From contig JAUPSS010000004.1 in assembly GCA_040285825.1 (NCBI GenBank), forward strand, positions 5,919,784-5,983,783: a stretch of DNA of 64,000 bases, read 5' to 3'. Positions 35,523 through 48,529 of this stretch are shown here, one piece after another. This DNA is from Eukaryota sp. TZLM1-RC. Lineage: Eukaryota > Protista > Metamonada: BaSk clade. Numbering within the stretch: the first letter of the stretch is position 1; each line of letters begins with the position of its first letter. The notes under the pieces are model-generated. The model was not told where the DNA came from. It made no database searches and saw only the letters and a program-made list of their open reading frames with translations. Both the position numbers and the translations under genes were made by a program.

Positions 35523-37542
35523 TTTTTGCTACTGATGTCTTATTTCGTCAAAAATGAATCCAATGTTTGCATGTCATTGGATTTTTAGTAATGCTTTCAA
35601 TTCGCTAAGTCGTCGGAGTATCCATGGTGCTCTATTGCAATATATGCCAGAATTAATACCATATTTTCAATCAACATATTGCACATATTCTAATTTACAT
35701 TTTGGTAACAACATTTTGATTTCATCAAGTGGCGTAAAGCAAGGAGATCCGTTAGGACCACTTTTGTTTTGTTTGGCCATTCATCCTATTCTACTGCAAA
35801 TTCAAGAGATGTTTCCTTCACTAAAAATGATTGCATATATGGATGATGTTGTGCTTATTGGTGAATTAAATATTGTGAAAAAAGCAACTGTATGTTTTAA
35901 AGAATTATTTACCAAAATTGGTCTCCGACTTAATTTACTTAAATATGTTTTGTTATCGAATTCTCCAGTTTCCACAATAATTGATGATATTGAAATTCAA
36001 GCCAAATTATATTCAATTGATGCTATTCGTCATTTGGGTTCGTTTTTAGGAAATAATGATGAAATTACCAAAAAAATTGTTTGAAAAGTTGAACTCAATT
36101 TCTGACAAAATTGACCGAATGATGAATTTAGATATAAAAAAACACATCAAATTTACCATTATAAGACTGTGTTTTTAGTTCCAATTTTAATCATATATTT
36201 CGATCTACAAATCCTCTCGTCACTAGACCTTTGGCTCAAAAAGTTTAATGAGTTACGTGCAAAAGTTCTGTCTCAATTACTGGGATGTAAAATGTTTCAA
36301 ATTCCAGATCATGCTTACCTTAGTCCACAATATGGTGGTTTAGGGTGGACGAAGGCTTCTATTCTTACCTCGTGTGCTTTTGTTGGTGGATGCAGAAATG
36401 CAATCTTTGAGTTCTCCGAAAGATTTGCAGATTGGGAAGATTTATTGATGACAACGCAAAGTTCCACTGTTTTTGCATTAAATGAAGAAATTTCAAGAAT
36501 TGATGTAGAAAAATGGGGTCGATGTTTTCCCCAATCATTCAATGGCAATATTCCAGAAAAAATGTTTTAAATTTGAAGTACACTCTTCGAACATTACAGA
36601 AAAGATTGACTGGAATGTATGAAAAGATCTTTATAATAATATTTGCAGCTCGGCTGTTTTTAAATCAAGATCTTCACTCATTGTTATTGGAAAAGGGTGT
36701 TTGTGAAAACAAGGTGTCAGATTCTTCACTTTTTGTAACCATTGTACCACGAAGATTTGGATTGTGTGCTACTAATGAAGCATTTGTAACAAAAATGAGA
36801 TTATATTTGAACATCCCCATTAACCAATTATTATCAAAAGAAAAATGTATTTGTTCGAATTCACCTCAACTCACTTTGCGCCATGCTCTAAATTGCTCTA
36901 AATTGATAACTTATCGTTCTTCATTACATGATGCTGTTAGAGACACTGTTTTCAATATGGCACAAACTGCAAAGGATATCGTGTATCAAAGAGCCCCTGC
37001 TGAAAGAAACACTTTCTCTGAATAATTTTGGTTCTGATGATAGAGGTGATGTATACTGTGATTGGATTGATAATTCTGAAGCTATTGTTGACTTTGTCTC
37101 ATGTAATGTTGCAAACGATACTTTGGTTCACAGAAGAAAACTTAATCCTGTGGCTGCTCTGGATTTTAAAGCAAAGAAAAACATAGAAAATATGATAAAG
37201 AAATTGAAGATGCAAATATCGATAGAAATACACAGCTGGTTTTTATTGCTTTTCCATTTTCGATAAATGGAAGATTATCAGTTGAAGCAGAAACTTTTTG
37301 GATGACTTCCAGAAAATGGTGAAAGAAAAAACAATGAAAAGATTTGACATTTTTTTATGGCGTTCACGGATTCAATTTGCCATTATTAATAGATTACCGC
37401 GGTTTTTCAATCGAATTAGAGAAGCTTTAGCTAGACAGCAAGCAAATCAAGATTTTGTAGAGGAAATCTTGGTTTAATGATAGTCGTCCCATTAGTTATG
37501 ATTTAATTTAATTAAGTGTGCAAATTCAATAAATTAATTTTT
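35523..37542 (+). mobile_element. family B RLE retrotransposon, 5'-truncated in RT
   Basis: QGDPLGP, AYMDD, RLE; near-identical to 39628-41635 apart from homopolymer indels. Confidence 0.93.
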
Positions 37543-38293
37543 TTATTATATTATATTATATTATATTATATTATATTATATTATATTATATTATATTATA
37601 TTATATTATATTATATTATATTATATTATATTATATTATATTATATTATATTATATTATATTATATTATATTATATTATATTATATTATATTATATTATA
37701 TTATATTATATTATATTATATTATATTATATTATATTATATTATATTATATTATATTATATTATATTATATTATATTATATTATATTATATTATATTATA
37801 TTATATTATATTATATTATATTATATTATATTATATTATATTATATTATATTATATTATATTATATTATATTATATTATATTATATTATATTATATTATA
37901 TTATATTATATTATATTATATTATATTATATTATATTATATTATATTATATTATATTATATTATATTATATTATATTATATTATATTATATTATATTATA
38001 TTATATTATATTATATTATATTATATTATATTATATTATATTATATTATATTATATTATATTATATTATATTATATTATATTATATTATATTATATTATA
38101 TTATATTATATTATATTATATTATATTATATTATATTATATTATATTATATTATATTATATTATATTATATTATATTATATTATATTATATTATATTATA
38201 TTATATTATATTATATTATATTATATTATATTATATTATATTATATTATATTATATTATATTATATTATATTATATTATATTATATTATATTA
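37543..38293. repeat. (TTATA)n microsatellite, about 150 perfect copies
   Basis: Uninterrupted 5-mer repeat, ~750 bp. Confidence 0.98.
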
Positions 38294-41200
38294 GTATTAA
38301 TTTTTTATTTTTTTTCCTCTACATATAACCGTTTAACTTAAGACCTGGCTGAACCGAGATCATTGCTTCTATTCTTTCTTGTTGATGCCTGAATCAGTTT
38401 CTGATTCTAATGGAGTCAAAAGAATGAACGATAGTCAACAAGATGCTCAAGACGTCCTTTCCACCTCTCCTCCTCAACCTCTTCTCTCTTCATTTTTGGA
38501 CAAAAAAAATTTTGATCAAGAATTTTTAGACAATCACGATGAAAACAAAGTTTGTTCAAAAACAAAGCCACGCTCCTACAGATGCTCAAAGTGTCGACAA
38601 CAGGGACATAATGCTCGAACATGCCCCAATGTTGGAAAAAATGATGCGGCAAATTCTGAAACAAAATGTAAAAGAAAATTTATTAGAAGGAAAGAGTCTA
38701 AGGTAGAACCCATAAATAATGCTCCACAAATTGTTGCAAAACCAGTTTGCAACCGATTAATGCACAAAACTTGCAACACTTGTGGTATTTCTTTTAGAAA
38801 AAATGCAAAAGGAAAAACTTCTGACCGCTGCTTGAAATGCCGCATAGTTGATAACTACCATCCTCCTATAAGAATACCTCAAGAAATTCATCCGACCAAA
38901 TGCAATGAATTTGCTTTCGTTTTTCAAAGATTTTTGGATCAATTATGTAAAGGAAAGTATGCTATCAATATTATTTGGGAATTTTTTGGTTCTTTTTGTC
39001 CTCCTTTTGAACAAAATTTCGTTAATATTTCCGAAGATTTAACTAATATAGCTCCGAGAAATCAGTCATCCGAGAAATTAAGTAAAATTTTTGAAGACAA
39101 ATGCTTTGACAACAAATGGTCCAAGGCTTTGTCAGCTTTAAGTCCCGGAGTTAAAGCACCGAACAATGAAAATACAATAGATAAACTGAAAATACTTCAT
39201 CCTTATGAAGACCCTATAATGGATCAAAATTTTTACGGCACATACTGGGAAAATTATCCATTGATGCCATCAGAAGTTTTTTCGGTTATCAAAAAGAGAC
39301 CTCGTGGTAAGTCTGCCGGACTTTCTGGTATTACTATTGATCATGTAAAAGCCGCGATTATTTCTTCAGAAGATTGCCTTGGTTTATTGACCAAATTTTT
39401 CAACCAAATATTATCTGGTCAACGCAAATACCCAGAAGAATTAAGAAGTTCTCGTTTGACTGCACTTGTCAAAAATTTAAAAATGGATGTTCGTCCTATT
39501 GCAGTCTCTGAGAGCTTACACAATATTTTTTCTGCGTGTTGCTTAAGCAGGTTCAATGAAAAAGCTAAAAAGATTTTATTACCCTTTCAATATGGTATAA
39601 ATACTACAGATGGAGTCTCTTCAGTGAATTTTGCTACTGATGTCTTATTTCGTCAAACTGAATCCAATGTTTGCATGTCATTGGATTTTAGTAATGCTTT
39701 CAATTCACTAAGTCGTCGCAGTATCCATGGTGCTCTATTGCAATATATGCCGGAATTAATACCATATTTTCAATCAACATATTGCACATATTCTAATTTA
39801 CATTTTGGTAACAACATTTTGATTTCATCAAGTGGCGTAAAGCAAGGAGATCCGTTAGGACCTCTTTTGTTTTGTTTGGCCATTCATCCTATTCTACTGC
39901 AAATTCAAGAGATGTTTCCTTCACTAAAAATGATTGCATATATGGATGATGTTGTGCTTATTGGTGAATTAAATATTGTGAAAAAAGCAACTGTATGTTT
40001 TAAAGAATTATTTACCAAAATTGGTCTCCGACTTAATTTACTTAAATGTGTTTTGTTATCGAATTCTCCAGTTTCCACAATAATTGATGATATTGAAATT
40101 CAAGCCAAATTATATTCAATTGATGCTATTCGTCATTTGGGTTCGTTTTTAGGAAATAATGATGAAATTACCAAAAAATTGTTTGAAAAGTTGAACTCGA
40201 TTTCTGACAAAATTGACCGAATGATGAATTTAGATATAAAAAAACACATCAAATTTACCATTATAAGACTGTGTTTTAGTTCCAATTTTAATCATATATT
40301 TCGATCTACAAATCCTCTCGTCACTAGACCTTTGGCTCAAAAGTTTAATGAGTTACGTGCAAAAGTTCTGTCTCAATTACTGGGATGTAAAATGTTTCAA
40401 ATTCCAGATCATGCTTACCTTAGTCCACATTATGGTGGTTTAGGGTGGACGAAGGCTTCTATTCTTACCTCGTGTGCTTTTGTTGGTGGATGCAGAAATG
40501 CAATCTTTGAGTTTTCCGAAAGATTTGCAGATTGGGAAGATTTATTGATGACAACGCAAAGTTCCACTGTTTTTGCATTAAATGAAGAAATTTCAAGAAT
40601 TGATGTAGAAAAATGGGGTCGATGTTTTCCCCAATCATTCAATGGCAATATTCCAGAAAAAAATGTTTTAAATTTGAAGTACACTCTTCGAACATTACAG
40701 AAAAGATTGACTGGAATGTATGAAAAAGATCTTTATAATAATATTTGCAGCTCGGCTGTTTTAAATCAAGATCTTCACTCATTGTTATTGGAAAAGGGTG
40801 TTTGTGAAAACAAGGCGTCAGATTCTTCACTTTTTGTAACCATTGTACCACGAAGATTTGGATTGTGTGCCACTAATGAAGCATTTGTAACAAAAATGAG
40901 ATTATATTTGAACATCCCCATTAACCAATTATTATCAAAAGAAAAATGTATTGGTTCGAATTCACCTCAACTCACTTTGCGCCATGCTCTAAATTGCTCT
41001 AAATTGATAACTTATCGTTCTTCATTACATGATGCTGTTAGAGACACTGTTTTCAATATGGCACAAACTGCAAGGATATCGTGTATCAAAGAGCCCTGCT
41101 GAAGGAAACACTTTCTCTGAATAATTTTGGTTCTGATGATAGAGGTGATGTATACTGTGATTGGATTGATAATTCTGAAGCTATTGTTGACTTTGTCTCA

Positions 41201-41635
41201 TGTAATGTTTCAAACGATACTTTGGTTCACAGAAGAAAACTTAATCCTGTGGCTGCTCTGGATTTTAAAGCAAAAGAAAAACATAGAAAATATGATAAAG
41301 AAATTGAAGATGCAAATGTCGATAGAAATACACAGCTGGTTTTTATTGCTTTCCCATTTTCGATAAATGGAAGATTATCAGTTGAAGCAGAAACTTTTTT
41401 GGATGACTTCCAAAAAATGGTGAAAGAAAAAACAATGAAAAGATTTGATATTTTTGTATGGCGTTCACGGATTCAATTTGCCATTATTAATAGATTACCT
41501 CGGTTTTTCAATCGAATACGAGAAGCTTTAGCTAGACATCAAGCAGATCAAGATTTTGTAGAGGAAATCTTGGTTTAATGATAGTCGTCCCATTAGTTAT
41601 GATTTAATTTAATCAAGTGTGCAAATTCAATAAAT
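38294..41635 (+). mobile_element. full-length family B CRE-like RLE non-LTR retrotransposon
   Basis: Short 5' UTR, single ORF with zinc knuckle + RT + CCHC + RLE, 3' UTR ending AATAAAT. Confidence 0.93.
38385..41578 (+). CDS. RT-RLE polyprotein (~1064 aa if one C is restored near 41094)
   Basis: CSKCRQQGHNARTC, VRPIAV, LDFSNAFN, GVKQGDPLGP, AYMDD, IRHLG, HDAVRD, RGD..D..K-x-x-KY; GAGCCCTG here versus GAGCCCCTG in sister copies explains the frame break. Confidence 0.9.
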
Positions 41636-42108
41636 ACAATTTTATTAGTATTAAGATTAATAGTAAAATATTATTATTTTTTAACAGCAATTTATAATAA
41701 TGAAAACTAAAAACTAAACTAAGGAACTAAGAACTTAAGGACTCATCAACCGATTTGCCAACGGAATAAGCTGTACATAATCAGACAACAGTAGTGTCTA
41801 GGGGGGGGGGTGCTCTCAAAACCAATAATGGTTTTTTTCAATCCAATAAAGATCAACAACTCATCATATGTAATTGTTATATTTTACGAAAACATCATGG
41901 GCTTGCCAACGAATAGGAGATGTAATGGTGAAAAAACAAAAAAATCAGATTACTGTAGATGAAATCCTGATCAAATGAATTTAGTGCCTTTTCTGATTTA
42001 ATTTCGACTTAATAATTTAATTCTAGCCCTTTGGCAACATCTTGGCTAAACGATTATTATTTCGTTGATTTTGTGTTTTTTGTGTTTAGTGCTGTAGTCT
42101 TTTTTTTT

Positions 42109-42943
42109 GTATTTATTGAATTTGCACACTTAATTAAATTAACTCATAACTAATTGGACGACTATCATTGAACCAAGATTTCCTCTACAAAGTCTTAATC
42201 TGCTTGCTGTCTAGCTAAAGCTTCTCTAATTCGATTGAAAAACCGAGGTAATCTATTAATAATGGCAAATTGAATCCGTGAACGCCATAAAAAAATATCA
42301 AATCTTTTCATTGTTATTTCTTGCACCATTTTTTGGAAGTCATCCAAAAAAGTTTCTGCTTCAACTGATCAACTTCCATTTATCGAAAATGGGAAAGCAA
42401 TAAAAACCAGCTGTTTATTTCTATCAGCATTAGGCTCTTCAATATCTTTATCATATTTTCTATGTTTCTCTTTTGCTTAAAAATCAAGAGCAGTCACAGG
42501 ATTAAGTGTTCTTCTGTGAACCAAAGAATCATTTGCAACATTACATGAGACAAAGTGAACAATAGCTTCAGAATTATCAATCCAATCACAGTATACATCA
42601 CCTCTATCATCTGAACCAAAATTATTCAGAGAATGTGCTTCCTTCAGCAGGGGCTCTTTGATACACGATATTCTTGCAGTTTGTGCCATATTGACAACAG
42701 TGTCTCTAACAGCATCATGTAATGAAGAAGTTATCAATTTAGAGCAATTCAGAGCATGGCGCAAAGTGAGTTGAGGTGAATTCGAACAAATACATTTTTT
42801 TTGATAATAATTGATTAATGGGGATATTCAAATATAATCTCATTTTTGTTACAAATGCTTCATTAGTGGCACACAATTCAAATCTTCGTGGTACAATGGT
42901 TACAAAAAGTGAAGAATCTGATGACTTGTTTTCACAAACACCC
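42109..42943 (-). mobile_element. family B RLE retrotransposon 3' fragment
   Basis: VCENKSSDSSLFVTIVPRR..RHALNCSKLIT..; 3' UTR matches. Confidence 0.9.
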
Positions 42944-43299
42944 AAAACAACGTGTTGTAGTTCAAAACAAAATATCTCTTGAAAAATAAACATATGTCTG
43001 TAGAGCAACAATAAGAAATATTTTTCATGTCTTCTTGTCATTGCTTTTGTCATCGAATCAAAAATGAGCTCAAAATTGTACTTGAATACTTTTGATATCA
43101 GAAGTCGTTTTCAATTATTAAAAATACTAAAAAAACAATTGTATATAATAAAAAATACTGGTTTCTATTCCATTCATTCAAATGCTAGGCGCTATTATCT
43201 CTACACAGCACTATAAGTCTGTCTTCCTTACGCAACTTGGTCTTCATGATTTCCCTAATTGTAGGTTAAGTGTACACACCTGTTAAAGAAAGGAAGATT

Positions 43300-45050
43300 T
43301 TATAAAAATATAAATCGTATCTGTGAACCTATTTCAAATACATCACAACAAAATATTGAACTAGCTCTGACTGATGTTGATTCGGACGATTCAAAAGTGT
43401 CTGGAATAGCAAAAATATCAGTTTTTTGAGAGATATACACAGGATAACACTGCCGTTGTAAAGAGAAATTTGATATTCCATAATCAAGTGATGGTGTTTC
43501 GAAGGAAATGTCTGGTTGAATGCAATGTAAAGTATCAGTAGATTCCACATTCCAGGATAAATTACGTCATGTGTTTTATTCATCAAAACAAATACTTTTA
43601 GTTCACTATGTTTGAAGTCTTCCAAGCAGTAATCTTGAGCAAAAAGCTGAACAGCAGAACATTTTTGTCCAAACAAAATTGTTCTTTGGAACAACAATAT
43701 AATAGAATCACCATTTGATCGGATAATTCCATAAAATGCATAATTGGATCGGTTTGTTTGTAAACATTTCGCCTCAAAATTTAAGAAGGACGACCAAATG
43801 ACATTCTTGTATGATCCAATGCGTTTCAAATAGAATTGTTTATATTTGATTGTCTTCGTACCAATTGGTGGGTCATAATTTTACTGCTCCGATCAACAAT
43901 TTCATGCATCTCCTTGATCAAAAAAGTGATCGCAAATTATAAAGCAGTGTGTCACAAAATGTTTGGGAAAATTATAGTCAATCATTATGAAACATTTGGG
44001 GATCAATTGGGGATTACCGTCTGTATGTTTCTTCATTTCAGACAATTTTGTTGATACAATGTACATGTGATAATGTCTTCATTGAGCTGCATTTTTCGGA
44101 ATAGTACATTTTTTATCACCAACCATTATCTTTTGATCAAAATTACGTTTGAAATCATCAAAACGGTTGTCAATCACGCATTGGCGAAATTCAATCAATC
44201 TTTGTTTCACTTTAGTTGTATCAGTTCCTTTTAATTTTTCAACTTCATCATTTTTAATAAAGCATATATTCAGCCAATGGAACACACATTCATGAAAAAG
44301 TTCATCAAGGTGCGTAGAGTATTCAGCTGTCACTCAGATAATTTGGTATTTCATTAACTGAAACATAATCTTATTGGAAAGAGCCAAAGAGTCTTCAGTG
44401 ATCATAAACCTATTTTAAATTTTTTCGGAAATTGGAAGCTAAAGGGTTAAGAATAATTGTGCTAGTTGGGGTCTTTTTTGAAGCATCGTTGATGATTTTT
44501 TACCACGACCAATAATGGTATTATCTGTGATCTCTGAGTGATACTTAATCGCTTTCTTTTCTAAATCTGACCTCCTAAGCCAAACAATATACTAAATGGT
44601 GCCAAGGATTTTGTTACTTTCATTTGTTGTTGTTGATGATAAACTAGGTTAGTTGGCACTTGTTCAGTAACAGGTAATTTTTTTTAATAAATGCACTTTT
44701 CTGTTTTTTTGTCTTTAGTATTTCTGCCTAACGGAATCACATTAAGAATTTCTCCATAAGAACGTATGGTGGAAGTATCACAATTGTTAATGTACGTATC
44801 AAATTCGTTAATCAAAAATAATTTTAACTGCATCCTGGTACAAACAGTAATTTGGTCGACTCTACAAGCCAGGATATTGAGAATATTCGATTTGAAATCA
44901 TATATGAAATTTGGTTTAACCACTTGACGATCATCGCTGTTTTGAAGGCCAACAACAACAGTAGCTCTTGAAGTTTTTGGTCACTAAAAAATTTATTGAT
45001 TTGACAACAAAGAAACACATCATTAACACAATAGTGGTCCAATTCTTTCC
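43300..45050 (-). pseudogene. probable degenerate family-B DNA polymerase
   Basis: Collinear motif-like segments: YCVNDV (ExoIII), IMIDYN..FP (motif A), K..SNYAFYG (motif B), SNGDSII (motif C); many stops. Confidence 0.45.
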
Positions 45051-45234
45051 GTGATGAATCGTTCCATAATATTTGGATTTTTTCAGGATTAGAAGTCTTT
45101 TTTGGTCACGACTGAATTATGGGACCACTTCAACCCGCCTTAGTGCCTTTCTACTAGGATCCTCTCACCCAAAGAAATAAAGCTGGAGTACTTTTCCATG
45201 CAAAACAAAAGTTAATTTTAAAATGATTTTCAAA

Positions 45235-46200
45235 GTTATCTCTATTTAATTTACAGTTTTGCTGTAAAAAGCTTCAACAAAAATTGTCAAAGATTTTTGA
45301 AAGCTTGGATTTTGATGTTAGACTTGGCTTGGCCAAGAAAAAGAATCCCGCTTTTGCAAATCTTTTACAAGATATGTGTGATAGTACTTCTTCTGCCTTA
45401 GTAACAACAATTCCACAAGTTTATGGTACTCTCTTATCCGATTCTGCTTGGACTCTGAATATGAGATTTCGTTCCTTTATCTGGCCTGATAATTTACCTC
45501 ATAATTTAATTTGTAAATGTTCTCGAGAAATTACAACTACTCATTTGTTAAATTGTAAACATTTTATTACTTTTAGAAGCAAGGTTCATGATGCTGTAAG
45601 AGACCAGTTATATTGTATGTGTAAATCTCATAGAATTGAATCCTTCTTGGAACCTTTGTTGTCAAATCTGTTTGATGCTGAAAATGATTTTCATAAGAAT
45701 AATAGAGGTGATGTCATATTACCTGGATTAGATGGAAGCTTCATTTTATTGGATGTAATGTCTGTTGATCCTTGTAATGCCTCAAATGAAAGGCTTGTTA
45801 ATTCTGAAATTCATAATCCCCTTTCAAATGCTGAAAATTTTAAATTCAAAAAAATACAATGAACCTTTGTCCAAATTGGCCAGTCTACAGCATGCAAAAT
45901 ACAATTTGTATCCATTTGTATTTTCCCTTTTGGTTCACTTGCACCAACTGCTTTACGTTTTTTTGGATGATTTTGAAATGATTGTAAAGAGAAGAACTGG
46001 CAGAAATTTCAACAGATTGATTTGGCAAAATAGAATTGTGTTTTCTATTTTTAAGGGGATGTTGAAGATGGTTTCTGATGCTTTGCTTTCTCTTGGATCT
46101 CACTATGAGAGAGTTGCATCTAGTGGTTTTGTTTTGGGAGAGATGGATTTTTTAGATGTTGATTTATAGGTTTAGAATAAAATTAAATTTAAAAAAAAAA
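45235..46200 (+). mobile_element. family C RLE retrotransposon, 5'-truncated, poly(A)-ended
   Basis: CKCS..HLLNCKHF..VHDAVRD..RGDVILPG..LDVMSVDP; A10 at 46191-46200, 26 bp before the Rpn12 ATG. Confidence 0.9.
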
Positions 46201-46226
46201 GTTATTTTTACATAAATCCTTCAATC

Positions 46227-47035
46227 ATGTCTGTTCTTCAACAAGCCCAAGGTCTACTCCAGGAGCTTAGATCCACAATGGACATCAAGTCTCCCTCCTT
46301 TGACAAATGTAATAATCTTCTCTCTCGTTTAAAAGTATTGTCCTTACAGTTTCCATCGAATCTTTCACAGGACTCTCCCACTTTAGATCAGGAACAATCC
46401 ATTTATCGCGAAGTTCTAGAAAGATCATGTGCGATTGCTCTCAAAACTCAAAACTACCCACAATTTTCTCGTACATTCCTCCAACTTGAACCCCTCTACA
46501 AGAATCAACCGTGTGTTTGAAACTCAAAACCATCATTTCTAATTCCAGACCATCTGATCAATATACTCTCTTTTTTGCCTGCTTCTTACTAACACTTCTA
46601 GCTGAGAACAATCTCTCCCAGTTTCACACACAGCTTGAGACGATCTCTTATCAATTCAGGCAACACCCTCTAGTCAAGTACGCCATTCGACTTGAAAGAT
46701 GTCTTATGGAAGGAGCCTATGCCGCCCTCACTCAACAAGAAGAACTCCCTGCTCCAGAATTCAAGCCTCTTTTGGAGTTGATTTTAGATACAACTAGGGA
46801 CGATATTGCTGACTGTGTGTACCGATCATTCACCACACTCTCTGTTAAAGAGTTGAGTCAGTTGTTATCGCTTTCAGAAAGGGACACCCTTGAATTTGTT
46901 AGACTTCGTTCTTGGACAGTCAAAGACAATAATGTTATTTTTGCAGATGAGCAGCTAGGTGGTTCAAAGTTTCCAGTAATTGAGGTATTACAGCAAAGCA
47001 ACAAGTTTGTAGATATGGTTAGTACACTGGAATAA
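46227..47035 (+). CDS. RPN12: 26S proteasome regulatory subunit Rpn12/PSMD8; exons 46227-46510 and 46549-47035
   Basis: REVLE, LLTLLAENNLSQFHTQLE, LERCLMEGAY, TTRDDIADC; removing GT..AG 46511-46548 joins both ORFs in frame (YKNQPPSDQY). Confidence 0.92.
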
Positions 47036-47837
47036 ATGTGAATAATTGGTGGTTTTTTTGCTTTCAACTTAAAACAATTACCAAAAATAATTGTTTTGAG
47101 GGGTTTGCGACCGATGTCCAGTGGTTTTGTGTTACAAAGGTCTTGTATGTTTAAAACACTTCACTCTGTGGCATTGAAGATATTCAATCAACACTTTTTT
47201 AAGTTTTGTGAGAAATTTCAAAATGGTCATCTATTCAGAACAGTTTCAGTTGTGGGTAACTTTAATTTGGCGCACTGAAATATTGTGTTTGAAATCTTGT
47301 TAATCAAGATTTTAAATTGTTTCCATGGTGTGTTCAATTTGTTCCACTTGTTCTCAAGAATCAGAATTACAACTACAGGTATTGTATTTGTTTATGTACT
47401 GCAATGGTTTTCGCTGTTCAGTATTTGTCTATGATCTTTGCTGAAACTATTACAGCAGATTAACTTTGAAGTCATCATATGTCGCACATCTGAATAAGTC
47501 TTCCTACACAAACTCTCTCAGGTATTAATGTCATCTAGTATCATTGTTAAGGAACTGAAATGCAGTTGTTCAATTGCAACAATGGTAGTTTTAATAAATT
47601 TGAAGTAATTTAGCTAAAATAAAAACAAACAAATGATTTATTCATGATGTAACAAGCGTAGAACCCCATCAAAAACAATCGATCGGGAAAATATTGAAGT
47701 AAGTGAAGGGAAAGCCGTGGCGATTTAGGATATTTTGAAAACTGTTGAAACTAATTACAAAGCTATCCACAAATCAAAATAATATTTAAACCAATGCAAT
47801 TAGATGACCAAACACCTGGTATTAATCAGTGACAATA

Positions 47838-48233
47838 CTAGACTCTGTGTCTCTTGGTTTGTGGTGTGATATCCATATTATCCCTAGACCGCTCTTTGAA
47901 CTGAGGAGCATGGTCAATGAGGACAATGTGATCAAAAAGTTCATAGCCAATAAGATTTTCAATGGCTAAAACCGCAGAGCGTGGATCTGAAAATGTAATC
48001 CAAAAGAAGCTTCCTGGTTTTCTTGGAATAACAACGTTTCTCACGTTTCCAAACTGAGAAAAGACAGTTTCAATGTCTTCTTTGGAAGCTGGTACCACGT
48101 CACAATGGAGAAACTTAACATAAACATGGGGACAGGTTTTGTATTGCTCATGATAGGAAGCAGAAGTTCCTGCTACACCAATGTTCAGTTCCTTCTCGCA
48201 TAAAGTCTGAATTGAGCGGATCTTTCCAGACAT
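47838..48233 (-). CDS. RBMX2: RBMX2/Ist3(Snu17)-like RRM protein (RES complex)
   Basis: From ATG 48233: EKELNIGV..ASYHEQYK, DIETVFSQFG, DPRSAVLAIENLIG, IDH. Confidence 0.85.
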   Translation of the reverse strand: MSGKIRSIQTLCEKELNIGVAGTSASYHEQYKTCPHVYVKFLHCDVVPASKEDIETVFSQFGNVRNVVIPRKPGSFFWITFSDPRSAVLAIENLIGYELFDHIVLIDHAPQFKERSRDNMDITPQTKRHRV

Positions 48234-48529
48234 GAATGACAAATGCTTTGAAGTGAAGATAACAATGTCTAGATAATGACAAGATTTATGTTTCAACCCA
48301 ATAACAAGGCCTTCAACTGTCACCTGTATGGTGGGACTCATATGATTTATGAACCATTATCCAGATATACCAGTTCCTACAATCGTTGAAAATATGAGCA
48401 ATGTTTAGAATAACTTTACATTGAAGATATTTTGTAACTACGATCAGTATATAACTTGACAAGCGTCTCCTCATACGAAATGTAAAAGATAGTTTAACCA
48501 TTGATGCGGTTGAAATTCCTTTCATAAAC

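Noticed and set aside
37543-38293. (TTATA)n as a telomere or an element-synthesised tail
   Set aside because: Internal and G-free; other family B 3' ends lack it
37516-38328. 270-aa (YYIIL)n ORF, also 35343-35588
   Set aside because: Translation of the (TTATA)n microsatellite
41791-41800. G10 run as an LTR polypurine tract
   Set aside because: No associated pol sequence or LTR pair
48234-48341. GTG-started N-terminal extension of the RRM ORF; similarly 4697-4714 of Sua5
   Set aside because: Eukaryotic context; homology begins at the downstream ATG
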